Shown here piece by piece: positions 53,849 through 64,000 of a DNA stretch of 64,000 bases. The notes under the pieces are model-generated. The model saw nothing but the letters and a program-made list of their open reading frames with translations, was not told the DNA's origin and did no database searches. Every line of letters begins with the position of its first letter. Within the stretch, counting starts at the first letter, position 1. The stretch lies in contig CM022679.1 of assembly GCA_012295275.1 (NCBI GenBank), forward strand, positions 21,824,001-21,888,000, read 5' to 3'. Made by a program: the position numbers and the translations under genes. The DNA is from Chrysomallon squamiferum. Lineage: Eukaryota; Animalia; Mollusca.

Positions 53849-54897
53849 TATTATTATTATTATTATTATTAATTCATTTTTTCCCTACTTACAGTTCATC
53901 TAACATATCTAAACGTTACCCAGGGAACTCTCTTTTCGCCTAACTACTTTGAATGTGAAGTAAAATAAAAATGAAATAAAAATAACTTCCCGTTAAAAAA
54001 AAAAAAAAAAAAAAAAAAAATAGGATAAAGGCTTCAGTTTGCATATGACAGTATTCAAAACAGAAAAACAGGAGAAGAAAAAAAAAAATAGAGTAGTAAT
54101 AAAATAAAGGGCAAAATTCCCCCGAGCTTTGTGACATTTTCAGTGGAGCGTGTCTGTGCCGCTTATAGCGTGGGGTTATCCAAATACCCCCACGTTCTTT
54201 ATTGACAAAGAAATACCACGAAAAAATAAAAAAATAAAAGAAAAGAAAAAAAAGAAAAAAATACCTGGATAGCGGTAAACGGGTAGTAAAAAAAAAAAGA
54301 CAGCAATTATTTTCCCGTTAATGGTATCGCGAGTAGTAAAATAAAGTAATTATAAGATCACTTTGGACGACAGACGGGTAACGCTGCGACTTTGACCTTT
54401 GACCGTGTCATGTGACCAGACAAAACGAGAACAGTCATTTCAGTGTGATGTTTGTTTCGCCTTGACAATTCAAAATCCGCGTCCGAAAATAAGTATTGCG
54501 CCATGTTCCCATGTGATAGCGTCTTTTTTTTTTTTTTTTTTTTTTTTTTTTATTCTTTTTTTACTTTTTTTTTACTGTCGTTCTTTCTTTTTCTATTTTT
54601 TTATTTATATTTATTTCTAAGGGAGAAGCTTACAAAAAGGTCATATCTATTCATAGATTTTGTGCTCGCGTTTACTAGAGAACTGAGCAATGGTTTTTAA
54701 CAAAGAGAGATATTACGGTCTGTTAAGTATCAGAATATATTATTACATGATGCGTGGGTTTATAAATAGACTTGTCATTCCCAAGAAAGAAGAAGAAGAA
54801 GTCTTTGGTCCGGTTTTAAATACAATAGTGAATGTGTTAAAATTGATTATTATTATTATTATTAATGTGAGACGATAAATAAATAAAGTTATTTATA

Positions 54898-54963
<66 letters not shown>

Positions 54964-55200
54964 TTGTACAAGTGAATGTATTTACGTAAATTATTTATTT
55001 AGTGATTGTTCTACTTGAGATGCACAATAAATCAGCTGTTTCCATGAATAAATGCTAGACTAAAATTTAAATTTAAATATTTTCTCACTGATTTTTCATA
55101 TTATTTTCTAACTTCATATGATATACTGCTTAAAATAACAACTACAACAACAACAACAATAATAATATTAATAATAATAATAATAATTTACGAAGATAAG
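51020..55200. repeat. Long inverted repeat, arms about 51020-51346 and 54901-55200
   Basis: 51103-51286 is the exact reverse complement of 54961-55144 (184 bp, compared base by base). The arms extend through (ATT)n/(TTG)n to cttatcttcg/cgaagataag on the outside and (CT)n/(AG)n on the inside. Confidence 0.97.
53114..53350. repeat. Perfect 38-bp inverted repeat (53114-53151 and 53313-53350), 161-bp spacer
   Basis: agacgcttcgttgatcacaggagccattcctattgata and its exact reverse complement. Confidence 0.97.
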
Positions 55201-55705
55201 AGAGAATGAGAATTATTTACAAATCGGACAGTTACAAACACGGGTATCAATTGCTGTACTGTAATCGGTTCACCAGTCAAGCAATCAAACTATCAAGTAA
55301 TCAAGTAACAGATCAGATGTATGCAGTCAACACGAATGTAGTATAGAATTTCTCGTATTGCTTTTCTAACTGATCCGATTTTCTTGGTTAGTGTTACACA
55401 CAGAAATACTAACTTAAAAACAAGAACATAATATTATGTGCACGCACAGATATATATATATACACACATACACACATACACTTTATTTTTTAATCGTGGA
55501 TTTACAAGTCCTCATTCTTCCTTACACAAATGTTAATTTGTAAAGTAGCTGTATCTGTTTATATCTTTCCATCTTACCATTCATCCATTATTCCATCTAT
55601 CTAATCTATCTATCTATCCATCTATCTGTCTATCTATCTATCTATCCATCTGTCTATCCATCTATCTATCATCTATCTACCTATATCCATCTATCTGTCT
55701 ATCTA

Positions 55706-55737
<32 letters not shown>

Positions 55738-56631
55738 TCTGTTCGTCTTTCTGATTATATGTCTGTCTGTATTCCTCTCTGTTTGTCCATCTGTTTATAC
55801 ATCCATATAATCTGTCTTTCTGTCTGTATGAATTTTTATATAACTTTGTACTTTACATGTGTACTTGTGTCTGTCTATCTATCTACCAGATAAACACGCC
55901 CACATCACTTCAAACGTGAAACATTTTTTTTTTTTTCTCCGCTTTCATTCCGAAAAGGCGGTCTAAAAATTAATTGTGTCATACAGAAATAAATATGTCA
56001 CTTCCCAATATCTGATTAAAAAGATACTTGAGATTATCAAAGACGGACTTTCCCCCTTCATCGCAACGCCAGGCATAATGTTTCGTGTTTTTAAGTTCAC
56101 GCTCTATTAACTCCGACATAATCGTGTCAGTGCTGGAGATAAATCATTAGATGTATACTCGTAGTGTCGTGAGTTTTCTAGGAATTTTACTTTTTCTTGG
56201 AATACAAGGCTTTGAGTTAAATAGAAAGAAAGGAAGGAAGAAAGAAAGAAAGAAAGGAAGGAAGGAAGGAAGGAAGAAATTAAAAACAAGAAATATACGA
56301 AGGAAAGGAGGAATGAAACGAAGCAAGAAAGAACGAACTTCGGGAGTATTTGTTTGTTTGTTTGTTTGTTTGTTTGTTTGTTTGCTTGTTTGTTTTGTTT
56401 CTTTAGTTAGTTGGTTATTAAAAGTTTGGTTTAAAAAACTCTGTCATTAACTTGTGTTATCAAATTAGTAAATTACTTTAGTGTTTTAAACACAGTTGAT
56501 TAATTACTGACATTTCATACGCCAGAGGCTATTCGGTACACGTGCACTAAACCTGACATTCAGATATAAATAAATAAATAAAAGAAACAGATAAGGACGC
56601 CTAATCTCTCTCTCTCTCTAACATATACCTG

Positions 56632-56662
<31 letters not shown>

Positions 56663-56725
56663 CTTTTTCTAAATATTTTGTATATACCTGTTTTTCTAAA
56701 TCTATCTATTTTTCTAAAATTAATA

Positions 56726-56799
<74 letters not shown>

Positions 56800-57528
56800 T
56801 ATATATAGATATAGATTATATAGATATATATTCCATACGTATCTTGATTGTTCATTTAACAGATTATTATTTTACAAAAATAAGAAAAGTGCTATTTATA
56901 GGTCTTACCCAGCCCACACACTGGTAGTTCTTGCTGAATATTGTTTGACGTAGAAATATTAATGTGTTTGTTTTTCTTGGTTCTTTTTCACATCTCCAAG
57001 GAGTTATATTTATAAATGATTATTAATAGATGTCTATAATTGGTATAGCACATAAATATCACTTCCATTGTTCAGAAACTGGAAAAAGTTTAGAATTTTG
57101 AAACGTTTCAAGGATTTCTGATAAATTGTTGAGTGACTGTGTATCATTTGTTTATGTGTTTGCGTGCGTGCGTATATGTGTGTGTATGTCTGTGTGTGCG
57201 TGCGTGTTTGTAATTAACATTTTCTGCAGAACAATTTGTAGCCGTGATTTACGACCCTGTGTGTTACCACGTCATTATTTACAAGACTACCGATATTGAA
57301 TCAGCAGTCATTTGAAAGTAATAAAAAATAATTGCACAATTCATCTACTGTGACACGGGCTGTTCTAAAAATAGCTCGCTACCTGGAACAGCAGGTATGT
57401 ACACACGCCATTTTTTTTTTTTTTCTTTTTAATTTTTTTTTTTTTTTTACACGAAAGGTGAGTGTAAATAGGTGAAGAAACTTCGACAAAGTTAGTATAA
57501 AACTGCGTCGTAATTTTTATAATTTATT

Positions 57529-57561
<33 letters not shown>

Positions 57562-57849
57562 CCCCCCATCTTCACAACGGCGCTGACTTAGCCGTTAAAC
57601 AAACTACGCAGCAAGAACTGACAGTAGTGTGTTTAACTGATCCATAAATAACATCTAAACGCCTTCAGAAATAAATTGGGAATGTTTTGTACGACGAGTG
57701 TAGGTACACGTGTTACGTTCACGATCCTCTCTCGTTCTCCCGTATCAGCCGAGCTCCTTGCACGAGAAACGCAAAATTTATTATAGCCTGGCCTGAAAAT
57801 TATTCGCGGAATTTGGCAAAAGGAAATAAGAAATATATCATCATTATTA

Positions 57850-57881
<32 letters not shown>

Positions 57882-58743
57882 TTTTTTTTTATTTTTATTA
57901 TTATTATACTGGAGGAAAGAAAAAGAAGAAATTCTTGTTATTCGATAACAGCAAAGAATAAAAGAAAAAAAAAAAAAAAAAAAAGGAATATAAATAAAAA
58001 AATAGAAAGAAGGAAGGAAAGAAAGAAAAGAAAAAAGATACTAGGTTGAAAATGCTAATTTTAAGATATCTCAAGGTTTTTTGTGTTCAGTTAAATATAG
58101 TAAGGAAGATAAAGATATATACTTATGACTTTAGACATATATTATAAAGATCGCTGAAAAAAATATACAAATAAAAGCGAATATTATTTATGTATACATA
58201 TAATACATATGTATACATATATGCAAGCGTGTGCGTGTGTGTGTTTTTACGTGTGTATGTCTATGTGTGTACATGATTTAACAAGAAAGCCCCACTTTTT
58301 AATAAAAAGTCTCATCAAAACTGCAGTTATTTGAAAATGATTTTAACTGTCGGACATTTGTATCTCTAGCTCTTTCATCCTACCTCAAACCCTGTGCTCT
58401 ATATCTATTTATATATCGTCACGTAATAATTAATTACATAATTTTGAACTGTAAGCCTTTTCCAGAAATCCTTGAGAACTACGCATGTTTTTAAATTCTG
58501 AAATGTTCCTGTTTCGGAACAATAGAAGCAATGTTTACTTGACACCGATAATAGACAAGTATGAATAATAACTTAAATATAACTACTCGTTAATATTTCT
58601 ACGTCAAACGATGTATAAATACTGTCCACGAGTGGGCTAAGTAAGTCCTATAAATAGAACATTTCTTATTTTGTGAAATAATAATTTCTCAAATGAACAG
58701 TTCGAGTATTATCTGCTGTACTTTTTTTATTTTTAATGAATAT

Positions 58744-58778
<35 letters not shown>

Positions 58779-58842
58779 ATGCTCTGTGAAAATTAAAAAA
58801 TGAATTAATTTAGATTAAGTTATTTTTATTTCTTTTATTTAC

Positions 58843-58873
<31 letters not shown>

Positions 58874-59206
58874 CTTATCTTTTATTATTATTTCTTATAG
58901 TTTATTTTATTTTATGATTATTATTTTCTTAATGTGTTAATTTTTTGTATTTTAGGTTTCATTTTTATTTTATTTTATTTTATTCTATTTTATTTTATTT
59001 TATTTTTTTGATTGATTATTATTATTAGTAGTCCAGATAAGCAATGATTAACCTTATTATTATTATTTATTTTTTTTTTTTTTTTTTCTGTCTGTACTGT
59101 ATCAGTAGTCCAGGTGTACAATGATTAACCTGCTTATGTTTTATATTATATATACAGATTTTATAGACACAACATCTGTCTGTATGTGTCTGTGTATATG
59201 TGTATA

Positions 59207-59261
<55 letters not shown>

Positions 59262-59460
59262 GGTATGAATATATATATGTATATATAGGTATGAATATAT
59301 ATATTTATATACCCACATTCATAGTTTGTTTCTAATATTAGAAATTTTTAAAACTTATCTGATGTTCACGAGTTTGCTGTTTTTCACATTAACAGCTGTA
59401 CTAGCAGATAAGCCTGAAATGTTTCATTTAATGATCATATCACCTAACCTGTCACGAACC

Positions 59461-59530
59461 CGCTTCCTGGTAGACATCAAATGCCTGACAGTGCCAAAAT
59501 GACGTCACGTCCGTAGGCCAATCAGCGGCA
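59461..59530. promoter_or_regulatory. Promoter/enhancer-like motif cluster
   Basis: ETS-like CTTCCTG (59463-59469), TCF-like ACATCAAA, full CRE TGACGTCA (59500-59507) and GGCCAATCAG CCAAT box (59516-59525) within 70 bp of otherwise AT-rich DNA. Confidence 0.4.
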
Positions 59531-60020
59531 AGAATGTCTTTACAAACACCTGACACAAACAAGGAAGCAAAAACCGAAGACTTTGATAATAAAGATGAAA
59601 GGAAAAATGATTAATTTACATCAGTAAAAATACATTTTAAAAATATATAAATAAAAAAATGAAAAAAAAAATGGAGAAAGAGATACAAAGATGAACAAAT
59701 AGAATGGAACGAAAGAAAGAAAAAAAAGCTGAAGAAAAATACGAAATATAAATAAAGAAATAAAGAAAGAATGAATGAAAGAAAGAAAGAAGACGAAAAA
59801 AGACAAATAAAGAGGTAAAAGTGAGAAAGAAAGAAGAAAGGAGAAAAAGAAAGAAAGAGACAACAAACAATAAAATAAAATAGTGTAAAGTAAAATAAAA
59901 TAAAATAAAATAAATAAGTAAAATAAAGAAATACTTAAAGAAATAATAAAGAAATAAAAAAAACATAATAAATAAATAAATAAATAAATAAATAAAATAA
60001 ATAAAGAAATAAATAAATAA

Positions 60021-60069
<49 letters not shown>

Positions 60070-60073
60070 TAAA

Positions 60074-60104
<31 letters not shown>

Positions 60105-60626
60105 TAAATAACCATAATAATGATAACGATAAAGAAATAAAGAAATAGATAAAGAAAAAAAAAATAGCTAACCTACGGCTAAAGAAAAACTTCAAAACCC
60201 TGCAAATATTCAGAAACAACATAACAAACTAAACGAAAGGCCACTCTATTTTTTCTTTAAAAAAAAACCACAAGCGTTTATGACAGTTTATGTTAACTAG
60301 ACAGCATATGGTAATATATCTAGTGCATACTTAACGCTTTAATTAACTTTGATTAAATCCAGGAGTGCGAGAATATTTATTTCTGGAAAACCCAGAAGGT
60401 TATTTTTAGCTGCCACGTGTTTACATATGACTTAGAGTTGACGTGTGCGTCACGATTTACGAAACACGAATCACGATTTCGTTTTACTCTGTTAACACCT
60501 GTTAATATTACTTCAGCTTGTTACTTATATTACTTTTTTTATGTTTTATATAATAAAGAAATGATGTGCAGATTTTGCGAGAAGGTGCAAAACGTTTTTT
60601 GAAACTTTATTTATTTGTTTGTTTCT

Positions 60627-60658
<32 letters not shown>

Positions 60659-60904
60659 TATATTGTATGTGTGTTATGGTCTCTATGTATATGTATGTCT
60701 ATGTATGTGTATATATCTATATATATGTGTGTGTTGAAATATGTATGTATGTCTCTATGCATGTGTGTTTAAGTATATGTATGTGTATATGTATGTATGG
60801 ACGCGATATGTTTGTATGTATGTATGTACAGAGGTATGTATGTATGTATGTGTATGTATATGTATCTGTGTGTATATATATATGTATGTATGTATGTATG
60901 TACG

Positions 60905-60937
<33 letters not shown>

Positions 60938-62018
60938 ATGTATGTGTGTGCATGAATGATATGTTATATATTATATATTATGTATGTACGTACGTTCATA
61001 TATATACGGTTCCTTTAATGATCCCCCATATACGCTATTTCCTTTCTTATTTCAATTTAAAAAAAAATAAATAAATAATAATAACAACAACAACAACAAT
61101 AATAATAATAATAATAATAAAATAAATAAATAAATAAATAAATGTGTGTGTGTGTGTGTGTGTGTGTGTGCTTATATATATATATATATATAAAGATATA
61201 AAGATATGAAGAAGAAAAAAGCGTGCAAAGTTTTACTTCAAAAAAAAAAAAGAAGAAAAAAAAGTGAATTTTAAACAGATTAATCATGTGAAATTCTAGC
61301 ACTGTTCGTTTCAGTGCAAATTCAGCTTGAATAGGGTATCAGTTTTAAAAAAACTTAAAATAAAACTAATACAGCAATGGATACCGTAGAAGAGTATTTA
61401 ATGTGTATGCATTATGCATGTGTATGTTTAATATAATATAATGTAATATAAGATATAAAATACTCAGTTACCCCTACTTCTGAAGGTTGTCAACCTTTTA
61501 CACACCTAGATTTCAGACCACAAATATTGAAAAAATTCACTGCCAGACATACCCAAATACACACAGATTCCCCAGCTCAAACTCACACGCACACAAGCAC
61601 ACACGCACAGACATATATATATAATTATTAGCCGGCATCTACTAGTATACTTTATCTTTCCTTTTACTTAGACGCTTTCCCAATCTACCCCCATCGTTGT
61701 TGTTTTTGTTGTTTGTTGTTTTTTTCCTTGACGGAAATCTGCTTACGGACAAGAAAGGAATCGCTGGTAATATCATTTCCCGTGCGTCACAACGAGGTCG
61801 TGACCTGCGGCTGCGTCAGACTGTTTGACCTGCGAAAATGCTACGCCTTGACGTCACGCGAGGGGAAGAAGAAGAAGAAGAAAAACAGCTCACGGGACGT
61901 AATGAAGAGAAAGATGAAGACGTCATGCGGAGGATGGGGGTTTACATTTCAAATGGGAATGATTTTGATTATTTAATTTTGTCAGCGAAATTTAAATGAC
62001 GAGTAAAATGGACACAAA

Positions 62019-62021
<3 letters not shown>

Positions 62022-62114
<93 letters not shown>

Positions 62115-62222
62115 ATCAGTAACTGAGCTAATATATTTATTAAACTTTTCCATTTATGTCACCGCGAAAGAAACGAATGAATTATTATTAGATAGATAGC
62201 CAGAGATACGTAGGTAGGTAGG

Positions 62223-62318
<96 letters not shown>
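62022..62318. repeat. (AG)n and (GATA)n microsatellites, representative of many (AG/CT)n, (TG)n, (TA)n, (TTTA)n and poly-A/T tracts throughout the window
   Basis: Directly visible: (AG)n at about 62022-62112 and (GATA)n at about 62223-62318. Confidence 0.95.
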
Positions 62319-62594
62319 CAGTTAGATAGGACAGAGACTAATAATAGATAAATATGTAAATAGATAGAACCAGAGAAGAAGAAAGTATTAGTAATTGTAA
62401 GAATATATTTATCTTTTGAAGTCTGTGTATTTATATCAGTTTCATATCTATGTCGCACAGAGCGAGATAAAGAACAGACAGACAGAAACGAGAAAGAGAG
62501 ATGAACATAATTTAAGATGAATATATTTATTAAGCCTGTTTTTATATATTAAGAGATATATACGGTACAAAAACCCAGAGAGAGAGATAGAAAG

Positions 62595-62652
<58 letters not shown>

Positions 62653-64000
62653 AGAAAAAGAGAGCGATAGATCGATAGATGGATAGATAGACAGACAGAC
62701 AGACAGACAGAAAAAGAGATAAAAAGATTATAACCGTTATAAATTTATAAACATTATTTGTTATTGTTTTTGAGTTTGTGTGTTTTATCAAATGTCACAG
62801 AATAATTACGACAAAAATCACTGTTCTTAATTTTACGTTTTATTTTATGGATTAATGAATTTCATGCGATTGTGCAATACGGCCTTTCAAGCTGTGGTGC
62901 AACTTTTAATTATTGCGATCGATTGTAACAGCCGTGGAAAAAAAGAAAGAAAGAAAAAACAAAGCAAGAAAGACAGAAAGAAAGATGAAAGAATGAAAGA
63001 AAGAAAAAAGAAAGAAAGAAAAAGAAAGAAAGAAAAAAAGAGAAACTTTATATATACAATCTGTATGATCAACTAAAAAGAGAAACTTTACATTTACAAT
63101 CTGTGCGATCAACTGACAAAAAAAAAAAATGAAAAGGAAAATGAAAATAATCCTGAAACATATTTTGCTATGAAATCATCGTTATAAATAACGAAGTGTC
63201 AGCTATATTTTTAATACCGAAAGTGAAAGTAGGAAACGTAAAAAAAATGATAACGTAATTACATATTGAAAGTACATGCACTGAAAACAAGGAAAAACTA
63301 AATTTTTCCAGTGTACTATTGTTGTGAAAATGTCAGAGTCACTCGGGATGATGTGACTAACCTGGTTGATTATGCAAATAATTATAATTTATAATCGAAG
63401 TATATGTAATCGGAGATGAGCCGTACGGTAAAGGAATATTGGATTTTTGTATCGATGTTTCTTAATTCTATCAATACAGAACAGATGTATTTTGTTTTGT
63501 TAACTTTCAGTGTAGACGTTTTCGATTTTTTTATTTTTATTTTTATTTTTTTTTTGTCTGCCTTTCGCTCTTTCTTTCAGTCTTATTTTCATTTTTCTTT
63601 CTTCGTTTCTTTCTTTAGACTCCGTGTTTTCTGCGATTGTGTTCATTATTTATGTTTTAGCTGTGTACATTTATTTATTTACGTACATTTTTAATATTAT
63701 TCAACAAACTGTATCATCATCATAAAAAACATCATCGTAAATATTATTATTATTATCCTCATCATCATCAATATTATTATCATTATCATTATTATTACCA
63801 TTATTATTATTATGATTATTATTATCATCATCATCATAATTATTACGTCGTAACCTATAATAACAGTAGTAACATATAATAATGTTTTAAAGTTCCGATT
63901 AATAAGATGAACAAACGAACGAACGAACGAACGAACAAATAAATGAATAATAATAATAATAATAATAATTATTATTATTATTATTATTATTATTATGATT

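Noticed and set aside
51020-55200. Interpretation of the long inverted repeat as the TIRs of a DNA transposon
   Set aside because: There is no target-site duplication, the arms contain ordinary microsatellites and the interior has no transposase remnant. Reported instead as an inverted duplication.

Overview
AT-rich, very microsatellite-dense eukaryotic (metazoan) genomic DNA. An invertebrate, possibly a mollusc, is my inference only. Nearly all ORFs in the supplied track are simple-repeat artefacts. One protein-coding gene could be reconstructed by hand: a five-exon, minus-strand Polycomb-class chromobox gene (Pc/CBX), CDS = complement(join(35357..36136, 38550..38610, 49727..49792, 50038..50081, 50315..50380)), 1017 nt, 338 aa. 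It has an N-terminal chromodomain and a C-terminal Pc box, and all introns are GT-AG with compatible phases. The protein looks divergent: Tyr at the third aromatic-cage position, no AT-hook, CxC in the Pc-box hairpin, and several co-repressor-like short motifs in the linker. Just upstream are two nested perfect inverted repeats: 184-bp identical cores about 3.7 kb apart, and a 38-bp pair near their centre that encloses a possible 16-nt micro-exon. Also present are a candidate non-coding plus-strand transcript at about 1.4-2.3 kb inside an old tandem duplication, a 54-bp (2x27) minisatellite, a block-and-spacer repeat in the putative CBX 3' UTR, several decayed copies of a tRNA-type SINE, and small transposon remnants. 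There is no prokaryotic system, CRISPR array, rRNA or tRNA. I found no demonstrably new biological system; the best leads are the divergent Polycomb protein and the nested inverted repeats.
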